Source: the human T2T-CHM13v2.0 reference genome, Homo sapiens. Taken from it: a stretch of DNA of 64,000 nucleotides. The notes under the pieces were generated by a model. The model did not search any database. It saw only the letters and a program-made list of their open reading frames with translations, and was not told where the DNA came from. The position numbers and the translations under genes were made by a program. Numbering within the stretch: the first letter of the stretch is position 1; each line of letters opens with the position of its first letter. The DNA is taken from assembly GCF_009914755.1 (NCBI RefSeq), contig NC_060929.1; one strand, 5' to 3'. Shown in pieces: positions 13,282-25,696 of the stretch.

Positions 13282-14070
13282 TTGTAATTACAGTATATAC
13301 AGTGTGTATATATACTGTAATTACAGTATATACAGTGTGTATATATACTGTAATTACAGTATATACAGTGTGTGTATATACTGTAATTACAGTATATACA
13401 GTGTGTGTATATACTGTAATTACAGTATATACAGTGTGTGTATATACTGTAATTACAGTATATACAGTGTGTGTATATACTGTAATTACAGTATATACAG
13501 TGTGTGTATATACTGTAATTACAGTATATACAGTGTGTGTATATACTGTAATTACAGTATATAGTGTGTATATACTGTAATTACAGTATATACAGTGTGT
13601 GTATATACTGTAATTACAGTATATACAGTGTGTGTATATACTGTAATTACAGTATATACAGTGTGTGTATACTGTAATTACAGTATATACAGTGTGTGTA
13701 TATACTGTAATTACAGTATATACAGTGTGTGTATATACTGTAATTACAGTATATACAGTGTGTGTATATACTGTAATTACAGTATATATAGTGTATGTAT
13801 ATAAATAAATATATATAAATATAGTGTATATATAAATGTATATATAGTGTATATATACTGTAATTACAGTATATATAGTGTGTATATACACTGTAATTAC
13901 AGTATATATAGTGTGTATATACACTGTAATTACAGTGTATATATTGTGTGTATATATACTGTAATTACAGTGTATATATATTGTGTATATATATACACTG
14001 TGATTATATATGTAATTACAGTATATATATACACTGATTATATATATATAATTTATATATATACATGTAT
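13282..14070. repeat. 33-bp minisatellite (CTGTAATTACAGTATATACAGTGTGTGTATATA)n, ~16 regular plus ~5 degenerate units
   Basis: CTGTAATTACAG recurs at 13315, 13348, 13381, 13414, 13447, 13480, 13513, 13546 ... 13771, then degenerately to ~14020. Confidence 0.98.
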
Positions 14071-14074
14071 AAAG

Positions 14075-14366
14075 TTTTTTTTTTGAGATGAAGTCTTGCT
14101 CTGTTACCCAGGCTGGAAGATCAGTGGTGCCATCTTGGCTCACTGCAACCTCTGCCCCCTGGGTTCAAGCAATTCTCTGCCTCAGCCTCCTGAGTACCTG
14201 GGATTACAGGTGCCTGCCACCATGCCTGGCTAATTTTTTTGTATTTTTTGTAGAGACAGGGTTTCACCATCTTGGCAAGGCTGGTCTTGAACTCCTGACC
14301 TTGTGATCTGCCCGCCTCAGCCTCCCAAAGTGCTGGGATTACAGGCGTGAGCCACCGTGCCCAGCC
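14075..14366 (-). mobile_element. Alu (AluS-type)
   Basis: Poly(T) then gagatgaagtcttgctctgttacccaggctgg...gtgcccagcc. Confidence 0.97.
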
Positions 14367-14381
14367 GAATATATATATATA

Positions 14382-14874
14382 TTTGGGTACATGTGCAGGT
14401 TTGTTACATAGGTAAATTACCTGTCATGGGGTTTTGGTACAGATTATTTTGTCACCCACGTAATAAGCATAGTACTCAATAGGTAGATTTTCAATTCTTT
14501 CCCTCCTCCTACTCTCTACCCTCAGGTAGGCCCCAGTGTGTCTTATTCCTTTCTTTGTGTCCATGTGTACTCAATGTTTAGCTCCCACTTATAAATGAGA
14601 ACATGCGGTATTTGGTTTTCTGTTCCTGCATTAGTTTGCTAAGGATAATAGCCTCCAGCTCCATCCATGTTGCTGCAAAAGACATAATCTCATTCTTTTT
14701 TATGGATGCATAGTATTGCATGGTTTATATGTACACAGTTTTTTATCCAGTCTACCACTGATGGGCATTTAGTTTGACTCCATGTCTTCCCTATTGTGAA
14801 TATTGCTGTGATGAACATACACATACATATGTCTCTATGGTAGAATGATTTACATAACTTTGGGTATATACCCA
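14382..14874 (-). mobile_element. Primate L1 (L1PA13-16-like) 3' end, 5'-truncated
   Basis: gggtacatgtgcaggtttgttacataggtaaa...ctcccacttataaatgagaacatgcgg...tttgggtatataccca. Confidence 0.9.
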
Positions 14875-15200
14875 TGGAATTAAGTTTTAAACTGCTAAAA
14901 GAAAATGTCTAACAATCTAGAATTCTATACCCAGAGAAAATGCCCCTCACATAAAGATGGCAAAAATGTTTCAGACAGACAAAAACCAGAAGAATTTATT
15001 GTCCTCATACCCACTCCAAAAGGAATACTAAAAGAAATTCTTTAGATGTAAGGAAGATAACCCCAGACAGAAACACTGAAATGCAGGAACAAATAAAAAG
15101 CACAGGAAAGGTAAATGTGTGGAAAAATACCAGTAACTTTACAATGCAATAACTGTGAGGTACTAAATATATGTGGACTAATATGTCTAAAAATAACACA
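14875..15200 (+). mobile_element. Old L1M ORF1 3' part
   Basis: ttttaaactgctaaaagaaaatgtctaacaatctagaattctatacccag continues the ORF1 fragment ending at 12782. Confidence 0.65.
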
Positions 15201-18200
15201 AAAGCAGTCCTAAGGAAACCCCTATCTGAACCCCACAGTAAGTCATCCTCAATCACGTTCCTTTTGGTATTTTCTTAATTGCTTTTACCAATATCAGGAA
15301 TCATTTTATATGTTTACTCTCTCTAAACTATACATAAATTCAATAAAAGCAGACACAGTAATTTATCTGGGTTGAGGGAAATTATTTTAGCAAGTGTGTT
15401 AATATGTGCTCTGCTCTTTTTCATATGCAAACTCTCCTCCATTAATTTTGAGGCAGAGAATACTTGGGAAATGATTTGAATTGCTATAGCAGAAATGCAA
15501 TGAAAGGAAAAAAATCTGAACATTTTTTTCCTCCAAAATAAGTTTCTGAGGCCAGAGTGACACAATAATTTTTAAAGCCAGCCTTTATTCAGGGTGAAAA
15601 AAAGTTTTCTAATTTTCAGAAGCAAATTCTTATATACCAAGAATAAAACTTTGAGATCTAACAGAATTTTATCTCAAGCCATAGCTGAAGAGAATACAGG
15701 ATATGACAGTGAAGAAGGTTCCCATTTGAAATGGGAGAAGTAGAGAGCACTTCTTATTGGAGGAAGGAGCCAGTTTGAAAGAGACAAACCTAGATGAAGA
15801 TGATGTCTGGCACTCTCAGTCAAAGGAAGTGGATCAAGAAGATAGAAATCTCAGATTGAGAAAGAATCCAGAATCAGAGGAAGTCTCAGCCCCACTTGTC
15901 ACTGGTAACCACAGAAAGATAGCACAGTAGAGGAGAAAGGAAAATGGTGCCCTCAAGTCTCTATTGGCTTCCATGTTAAGTAGAAGGAACTTAGACATTC
16001 CAGAATATTCCAAGGGGAAGAAACGGAGGAGCACAAAGGAAGTGGCTGAGACTGAAGGCGAGTAAGGGCTGAGAGCTTGCTAAGGTTGAAATGTCCATAT
16101 AACAGGGGTGCAGAAGTCACAGTTCAAAGGGGTCATGCTCTAAGAGTCATTATTAGGCCTCAGAGGATGCCAAGCCCCAGTGAGAACTGAAATAATGCCT
16201 CTTCAGCAAGAAGAGATACTTGAGTTCCTAAACCAAGATCATCACACTCTCCCTATGCCAAGACAAAATACTACATATTGCATCCACAACACATGAATTG
16301 AGGACAGAAGTCAATTCCCAGAAACCAGGCAAGAAAAGCTGAGGTCAACAGAAGCCAACAAAGAACATCCGTTTAGACCAGACTCATTCCCCAGTCCACT
16401 TCAGGAGGTTAAATAGACTCTTCCTGTGCCCAAATGCTTCGTAGCAAGAAATAAAAGAGAAGGGATGGGGATCGAGAAAAGCTTTGAAAAGCTGATCAAG
16501 TATCCAAGAGACTGAACTGAAAGCAGTGGCAACTTTAAAATGGCAAATTCATTCCCACCTTCCACCCCTGCCAGTAGAGAGCAGGATGTTTCAGAGCAAG
16601 AATAAGCTTATTTTAGAATTTAAACAAATCACCTTTTTATATGTTTACTTGTTGACATGTCTGGGTGGGCCCCACTATATCTGTTCTTGTTTATTGATAT
16701 TTCCCCAGCAATGAGCCAAAGTCCAGGTGTTTGTGTTAAATAGGTATTTGATAAATGAGTGAATAGTATGCCCCTGTCCCACTATCCATCAGAACTCACT
16801 TCATGTGTCACTCCCTCCAGAAAGCCACTCTGACCCTTTTGTCTCCTCTCCTGGCTGGGGTTAGCCCCACTTCTCCAGGTCATTATGGCATACTGTGCAC
16901 ACCTTGAACATGCCATGTGTTTCCCTACAGGATAATTATGCTCTTGCTCCCCTAGACTGTGAACTTTTTATTATCTCATTTGTCTTTGTCTCCCCCAACA
17001 TGTCAGAAAAATAATCTTTGTTGAATTAATTCATTAAATCATGAATGAACTTATTGTTCTTGAAGCAATAGGCTCAGGAGATGAACAAGCATAGCCAAAA
17101 TAAAAGCAGAATGAAGAACTGAGCAGTAACCAAGACTGGAGAGAGTACTATTTATTGTATGGTCCTAACGCACTAAGTTTATCATAGCCTTATCCAGCCC
17201 TGGGAAATGAACCATCTCCAGAGCATTGTTAAGTCTTTTGGAATTCTGGGGAACTGGGAGTTTCACATTTTACAATATGGAAAAGAGGCCAAACACAGTC
17301 TCAGAACCCAGGAAACTAAAGCACCTAAAAAACTGCGTGATTCCTACCCATGTACACACATCTAAAAGGGCAAGGTCAGCTCACAAAATAATAATCATTC
17401 TACAGCCACCTCATACTTAGCAGCCTTCCTCCTTCCTTGGTAAGGGTGCAGTAAACAGACATTGCTTTGAAAAGGAAAAAAAAATGTGTCAAAATCTACT
17501 TTCTCTTCTACATTTCTTGCCTTTCACTCATTATTTTAAAATCCTGACATTTATTATTAATCAGTTTTATCCAGTATAAGATCCACATGACTAAGCTCTT
17601 ATCCAAGCCAACTTGAATTAATTTGGCAAGTATTACTTCACCAAGCATGTGCTGAGCAAAATCTAAATATATCAGCCAAGAAGATAAGTATCCATGGCTC
17701 TTTATCTATAAAAGACGTGCAACTATGATTTCATTTGGGAGTGAGGAGACTCTTAATAAAGCTGTATTCAGGTTTCTATTGCTGTTTGAAGACTGAAGCA
17801 TTTTGGATTGTCATTTTTTTCCAAAGTCCGACACTGCCATGTTTTTCAGATGAGCAGTTCCCAAAAGCTCCTTCTTACTTGCTTATAAATGTAATACTGT
17901 CTTTATTTTACCCTCCATCTGCTGCCTTCCTGAGTTTCTTTCTGCTGCATTCGTTCTCTGTGAGTTCCTGAGAATAACATACATGATTTATATACTTACC
18001 ATTCAGTGTCTGGACAAGGTATATGATGATGGATGTTTCTATGACTTCCTTAACTCTCCTTAATAGTTCTTACTTTACACCAGATTTTATGCAGTCTTGT
18101 GGCATTTGCACTGTGGGGATGGTGAGAATATACATATTTGCTATGGAAAGCTCCTCCCACAGATGTCCTCTGAGAATCCACTAAGTAGAAGCTCATGTTC

Positions 18201-19214
18201 TCTCTCAGAAAAACCATCTCATATGCCAGGGAGGCACTGTGAAATATTTGTCATTGCCTCCCAAGTTCTTCCTGTTCAACTAAGAAATGCATGCGTGTAC
18301 AATGCTTTGCATTTGCTGGAGTGTCACAAAAGCTGGAGAACAGAAGGGAAGCTCTTAAACTACATATTCCCTTGGCTCATTTGCTAAGAAGGGAAACACA
18401 GACAGAAACAACGGCCCTTCATGTTTCTCACACTCCCTTGTGCAGACTGATCTTATAAGTCTTCGGATTCTCCCTGCTGTTGCTTTGGCTCTCATCAAGC
18501 CCAACATTCTCCCTTGTGGAGGCATCTTTAATGACTCATCAGCAGTACAAGCATGCTCTCCATTTCCTTATATTCTAGTGCATTTGAAATTTACAAGAAG
18601 TTTCTCAGCCTGGTGGTTTTATTGTGACACAAGTTATAAAAAAATAGAAGGTCAAATCTGTCCTACAGAACCTTGTATGCCAGCAGTTAATTCCACTCTA
18701 AAAATGGGCCCAGTTATCAATCTGACCAGTTGATAATTAATCAACAGGTCTACCAGGCACTATCATAAATACAAAAAGAACATAAAACACAGTTCCATCT
18801 TCCAAGAATACACAGTTTATCTGAAGAGGTAAATAAGAAATAAGAGAAGGTACATCATCCAGTACTCAGTGATATGGACTGAAATTACAATGAGTGATAA
18901 GAGATTGGCAAAACCTGAGCCTGTGGGTATGTTGAAGCTGGGGCTGTTTTCATAGTCAGTTTTCTTATACTGGGCCTTAAGGACATATGGGATTTTGCTG
19001 GGCAGAGAAGAGAAAGAACATCTGAGGTGTGAGAACTACAGGAACAGAGGCCAAGAAACAGGCATAAGCATCACTCTGACAAGATCAAGGGATCAGCTGC
19101 TCTAAACACTGTAACATTTACATGCAGCCATGTGGTCTTCACTTAACAGCATCTTCCTTCATTTATGAGCTCATGCCTTAGTTAGTGCATATTTACCTTT
19201 TAGAAAAATTGAAA

Positions 19215-19420
19215 ACTATGGGTTTTAAAGTCAGAAAAGCCCTGGTCTCAGATCCCAGCTCAATTATTTACTAACTGTGTGACCTTGTTCAAGTTTCCGT
19301 TTTCTAAACAGTTGAATGAAGATAATAATGGCACATTTTTCATAAGCTTATTGTGAAAATTAAACAACATTAATATAAAAAACAGAGCCTACCACATAGT
19401 AAACACTCAAAAAACGTTAA
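19215..19420 (+). mobile_element. MIR SINE
   Basis: cccagctcaattatttactaactgtgtgaccttg and acatagtaaacactcaaaaaacgtta. Confidence 0.8.
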
Positions 19421-19800
19421 GGAAAGTTAATTAATCAATTTTCAATAATGAGTGTTGCTGATTTTCAGATTAAGAACCCCTACATTAGCTCATTCGCTGT
19501 TACTCCATCTTCTTGAATGAAAGACACTACTTCTGTGACACTTTCACTGATCCTCTGAGGTGAAAATGATGTCTTTCTTCCAAATTATCATAGCATGCTT
19601 GCTATATGTTCAAAATTATGATTATTATGTCTTATATTTTTTATATTTATGTAATAAATACTAGTAAGTATCCAAAATTTCTAACCAGAGGTGCCTTGTA
19701 TGTCCTTATAGAACTTGCCAATATATGACCAAACAGGATTAGCAGCTGCTACTCCTTCCATGCATATAGGAGGCTAGAGATGCTTTAAGAAGGGAAGAGA

Positions 19801-20074
<274 letters not shown>

Positions 20075-21397
20075 TCACAGGAATTCCAAAGAACAAAGGA
20101 TAATGTGCATTTTCTCCTCTTTTCACTTTTCCACTGCAGTGAGGGGCTTTGCTGGCTTTTATGTTGCCATGTGGCCACAGAGGGTGAGGTTACAAAGTTC
20201 CTGGGAAAACTTGACATCGTTTCCCTGGATTTGGAGAGGGGCATAATGAAGACTGGTGCCTGGCTATTACATAAGAAATTTGCAGGCAAGCTTGGCTGTG
20301 TTGCAGCTCAAAGATGCCAGTGTAGCTCTCATATACTAAGTGAAACCCCAGGACTGGGATTGAGTTTTCTTGAGAGGACATCACCCATAACTGCATGCTG
20401 GGGAGTGTTGTCACCAGACGAAAAAAGGCTAGAAGTAGAGTAGAATAGAGATATTTAAAATACTTAAAACTAGTGAGAAAGCAGAACTAAATAATCAAAC
20501 AATCATTATATATTCCAGTAAACAATGAAACATCCACCATAGATCCATATTAACTGAATGTGAGTCTGTCCAAAGTGTTACTTAGGGAGCAAGAGCCAGG
20601 AGTAGCAGATGGGGAGTTTTGGGAGGACAGGTTGTTAGCTACTAGGAAAAGGCCCAGTGTAGAAGTCCACAATGGGAAAGTGTCAAAATAATCAACCAAA
20701 GTGCCTGTAAGAGACAGCACCGGCATTTGGGTGATACAATTAAGACTTTGTATTTTTCCTTCTAATCTGTTTTCCCTCTGCACCTACCAACCACAATGGG
20801 AAGAAAAAGTGGAGAGTAAATGAACAGACCACCTGTGCTCCTTCCCTTGTGCTGCTTGGTAAAAGCCTGAGTAGGGCCTGTGCTAGAGAGAGGCAAGAAG
20901 CTTTTAATTACATGAGGTGAAGCTGTAATGTACATTTAATATAAGACAACTCCAAAATTCCAAAGTGACTGAAAAACTACAGAATCCACCCAAGATAATA
21001 TCTAGGAACAAGAAAGAGAGATGGACTTGAAGACAGGAATCAGAGAAGAATTATTTCTTGAGGGCAGTCTTCCATACCCAACCTTTTCAAAAATCTGATT
21101 ACAAAGCATTGAGACCTTCAGAAATTGTCATGTAAGAATTCTGGCATTTAAAAAAAATCATCTATTTTTCCACCTCTGTTAATACTTTGGCCACAGTCAA
21201 ATAGCACTATAAAAGTATATCTCTAACATGGGCCATTTACTGCAGGACAGATGAAAGGAGTTTATTTACTGATTCTACAGAGACCAGGTTGTAATGTGCA
21301 TGAAGTGGGAAGAATAATTATACTCTTCACAGTGATTGAGCTAGAGAAGCATATTGACATCAGTCCTTGGACAGAATTAACTACCCTTTCTGATGTA

Positions 21398-21720
21398 TAG
21401 TCTTGTGTTGCAGATGGGGATACATTCTGCAAAATACATCATTAGGAGATTTTGTACTTGTGTGAACATCACAGAATATACTTATACAAACCTAGATGGC
21501 ATAGCTTACTACACACCTATATAGAGGGTAGGGCTTATTGCTCCTAGGCTACAGCATGTTACTGTAATGAATACTGTAGGCAACTATAACACAATGCTAA
21601 GCATCTGTGTATCTAAATATAGAAGAGGTACAGTAAAAATGTGGCATTTTAATCTTAAGGGACCACAGTCGTATGTGCCACCCATCATTGACTGAAATGT
21701 CATTATATGGCACATGACTG
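21398..21720. mobile_element. Tigger3a (MER7-like) TcMar-Tigger non-autonomous DNA transposon
   Basis: Flanked by TA on both sides; right terminus ggcacatgactg; internal caaacctagatggcatagcttactacacaccta. Confidence 0.85.
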
Positions 21721-21857
21721 TATCTAATTTTCATGTGTCAAACAGAATACTGTTGGTGGGTACTGAGATAGAGACAGGAAGGCAAAGTCAAACAATATCC
21801 CAGAGTTTTAATAGAAAGAACTGGCATCCCTATAGCAGTCAGCCTGGGTTCTCCAGA

Positions 21858-22209
21858 TGTATTAGTCCGTTTTCATGCTGCTGATAAAGACATACCTGAG
21901 ACTGGGAAGAAAAATAGGTTTAATGGACTCACAGTTCCACATGGCTAGGGAGGCCTCACAGTCATGGCAGAAGGCGAAAGATGCTTCTCACATGGTGGCA
22001 GCGAGAGAGAAGGAAAGCCAAGGGAAAAGGGTTTCCCCTCAGAAACCATCAGCTCTCAAGAAACTTATTCACTATCACAAGAACAGTATGGTGGAAACTG
22101 CCCCCATGACTCAGTTATCTCCCACTGCGACTGTACCACAACATGAGGGAATTATGGGAGTCAAAATTCAAGATGACATTTGTCGGGGGCACAGAGCCAA
22201 ACCACAATA
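21858..22209 (-). mobile_element. Solo THE1 (A/B-like) LTR
   Basis: tgtattagtccgttttcatgctgctgataaagacatacc...cacagagccaaacca; near-TSD ccaga/ccagg. Confidence 0.93.
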
Positions 22210-22841
22210 CCAGGGTAGGGATGAATGTGATGTAGGAGAAGAAAATAGAAAAAGAGACAAATGGCAAGGTAATTTCCACTTTTATGTTTAGTATGACTGG
22301 GGCCAAAAACATTAAAAATCCCAAGTAAATTCTGAACCAGAGATAATGTCAACAAAATCACTAATATTAACAGTTTTATGTGGAAAGATTAGGTTATATT
22401 CAAATGATAACAGTGAGTTCTTTAACAAATTTTTTTCTCTCAACAGAGTGACACACACTGTATAATCAGGAGCTCAAAGTCAGAAATTTAGATTAAATCT
22501 ATCTCCTCATAATTGATATTCCCTCTTCCTGCCTCTGTCTAAACACTGAGAGAGGCTAACTCCAAAAATAATTAGATAACAAACACTAAAAAACACTTAA
22601 CAAAATAAGATATGCATCATATTTACTATGTCTCAAGTAGACGAAAAATTTAAGAATAATTTTTAAAAACATGTAGGGAATTTTGGCTGGGAGAAATGAG
22701 TTCTCCATAAAATAATAGTCAATCACTTTTAAGGCTGGAATGTCCTCATTCAATGTACCTCATAGACATATCCTTGTAGGCACAGCAGATGTTCTGAGAC
22801 CAAAAGGGGAAATTATCTAATTATTTTAAGAAAAGGGAAGT

Positions 22842-25696
22842 TGTGGTAGGCATAATAATGGCCTACCCATAATAACAGCTCTGCTGAAAAGTCCACATCC
22901 TAATTCCTGGAACCTATGAATGTATTATGTTGCATGGCAATGGGAACTAAAGTTACAAAAGCAATTAATGTTGCTAACCAGCTGGCTTTGAGATGGAGAG
23001 ACTCACCCGGATTATTCAAGTAAACCCAATCTAATCACATGAGCCCTGAAAAGCAGAGGACCTCTCCTTGCTCTGGTAAGAGAGAGATAAGCCTATGAAA
23101 AAAGGGTCAGAGGGATAAGATTTGTATGGTTTGGCTGCATCTCCACCCAAATCTCATCATGAATTGTAGTTCTCATAATCCCTACATATCATGGGAGGGA
23201 CCTGGTGGGAGGTAACTGAATCATGGGGTGGATGCCTCCATGCTGTTCTCATGATAGTGAGTGAGTTCTCAGGAGATCTGATGATTTTATAAGGCCCTTC
23301 CAACCCTGCCTTTGCTCTGCACTTCTACTTGCAGCCACCATCTGAAGAAGGACATTTTTGCTTCCTGAGGCCTCCCCAGCCATGCTGAACTGTGAGTCAG
23401 TTCAAACTCCTTTCTTTATAAATTACCCAGTTTCAGGTGTGTCTTTATTAGCAGCATGAGAACAGATTAATAGAAAATTGGTACCAGGTAGGGGTACTGC
23501 TGTAAAGATACCTGAAAATGTGGAAGCAACTTTGGAACTGGGTAACAGGCAGAGGTTAGAATAGTTTGGAGGGCTCAAAAGAAGACAGAATAATGTGGGA
23601 AAGTTGGAAACTTCCTAGAGATTTAGAGGGCTCAGAAGAAAACAGAAAAATGTGGGAAAGTTTGGAACTTCCCAGAGACTTGTTGAATGGCTTTGACCTA
23701 AATGTTGATAGCGATATGGACAATAAAGTCAAGGCAGAGGTGGTCTCAGATGGAGATGAGGAAATTGTTGGGAACTGGAGCAAAGGCGACCCTTGTTATG
23801 CTTTAACAAAGTGACTGGTGGCATTTTGCCTATGCCCTAGAGATCTGTGGAACTTTGAACTTGAGAGAGATGATTTAGGGTATCTGGCAGAAGAAATTTC
23901 TAAGTGGCAAAGCATTCAAGAGTAAGCAGAGCATAAAAGTTTGGAAAATTTGCAGCCTAACAATATGATAGAAGAGAAAACCCCATTTTCTGGAGACAAA
24001 TTCAAGCAGGCTGCAGAAATTTGCATAAGTAATGAGGAGCCATATATAAATCACCAAGACAAGGGGGAAAATGTCTCCAGGGCATCTTAGAGATTCTTTG
24101 TGACAGCCTGTCGTATCACAGGCCCAGAGGCTTAGGGGGAAAAACAGTTTCATAGGCCAGGCCTAGGGTCCCCCTGCTGTATGCAGCCTAGGGACTTTGT
24201 GCCCTGCATCCCAGCTACTCCATCCATGACTAAAAGGGGCCAAGGTACAATTTAGGTCATGGCTTCAAAGGGTGCAAGCCCCAAACCTTGGCAGCTTTCA
24301 TGTAGCATTGAGCTGGTGGGTAAACAGAAGTCAAGAAATGAGGTTTGGGAACCTCCACCTTGATTTGAAAGGGTGTATGCAAATGCCTGGATGTCCAGGC
24401 AGAAGTTTGCTGCAGGGGTAGAACCCTCATGGAGAACCTCTGCTAAGGCAACGTGGAAAAGGAATGTAGGGGTCAGAGCCCCCACAGAGTCCCCACTGGG
24501 GCACTGCCTAGTGGAGCTGTGAGAAGAGGATTACCATCCTCCAGAGCCCAGAAGGATAGATCCACAGACAGCTTGCACTGTGCACCTAGAAAAGCCAGAG
24601 ACACTCAATGCCAGCCCATGAAAGCAGCCAGAAGGGGACTCTACCCTGCAAAGCCACAGAAGCAGAGCTGTCCAAGGCCATGGGGGCCCACCTCTTGCAT
24701 CAGCATGACATGGATGTCAGACGTGGAGTCACAGGAGATCATTTTAGAGCTTTAAGGTTTAATGACTTCTATATTGAATTTTAGACTTGTATGGGGCCTG
24801 TAGCCCCTTTGTTTTGGCCAATTTCTCCCATTTCAAATGGGTATATTTACCCAATGCCTGTACTCCCATTGTATCTATGAAGTAACTAACTTGCTTTTGA
24901 TCTTACAGACTCATAGGCAGAAGGGTCTTGCCTGGTCTCAGATGAGACTTTGGACTGTGCACTTTTGAGTTAATGCTGGAATGACTTAAGACTTTGGGGG
25001 ACTGTTGAAAGGGCATGATTGTGTTTTGAAATGTGAGGACATGAGATTTGGAAGGGGCCAGGGGCAGTATGATATGGTTTGGCTGTTTCCCCACCCAAAT
25101 CTCATCCTGAACTCTAGTTACCATAATCTCCATGTGTTTGGGAGGGTCCTGATGGGAGGTAATTGAATCATGGGGGCTGTTACCTCCATGCCATTCTCAT
25201 GATAGTGAGTGAGTTCTCAGGAGATCTGATGGTTTTATAAGGGGCTTCCCCCCAACTTTTCTCTAGACTTCTACTTGCTGCCACCACATGAATAAAGACA
25301 TGTTTGCTTCCTGAGGCCTCCCCAGCCATGCTGAACTGTGAGTCAATTAAACCTCTTTCCTTTATAAATTACCCAGTGTCAGGTATATCTTTATTAGCAG
25401 TGTGAGGACAGACTAATACAGTGATGTTGCTGGCTTTGAAGGTGGAAGAAGGGGCCACAACCCAAGGAATGTGGGTGGCCTCTAGAAATTGGAATAGGAA
25501 ACAGATTTTCTCCTAAAGCCTTCAGAAAAAAACATGGACTTGGAACTGGCAACACCTTGATGTTATCCCAGATAATAGGATTTTAGCCTGAGAATGGAAT
25601 TGAATTTCTGACCTTCAGAACTATAAGATAATAAATTTGTATTGTTTAATCGACCTACTATGTAAGTTGTTATGGTAGCAATTGAAAATCATAACA
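22842..25696 (+). mobile_element. MLT1 (D/E-like) LTR split by a THE1 element (parts 22842-23121 and 25421-25696)
   Basis: tgtggtaggcataataatggcc...aatctaatcacatgagccc; resumes with tgttgctggctttgaaggtggaagaaggggccac and ends gataataaatttgtattgttt...aca. Confidence 0.85.
23122..25420 (+). mobile_element. Full THE1 (C/D-like) element: LTR ~23122-23472, internal, LTR 25070-25420
   Basis: Direct LTRs (tgatatggtttggctg...gactaataca) flank THE1-int; inserted inside the MLT1 LTR. Confidence 0.95.

Noticed and set aside
13282-14070. CRISPR-like array of palindromic repeats
   Set aside because: No unique spacers, no cas genes and a primate context; it is a minisatellite.
13265-14143. 292-aa ORF and overlapping plus-strand ORFs
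   Set aside because: Artifact of a stop-free 33-bp repeat joined to Alu sequence.
15600-16630. Purine-rich stretches (also 20420-21060, 27090-27750, 57870-58560)
   Set aside because: Probably ancient LTR or L1 5' relics, but I cannot assign a family, so they are not called.
17400-18750. Long repeat-poor stretch with short ORFs
   Set aside because: No recognisable protein similarity or convincing exon structure; conservation cannot be judged from sequence alone.
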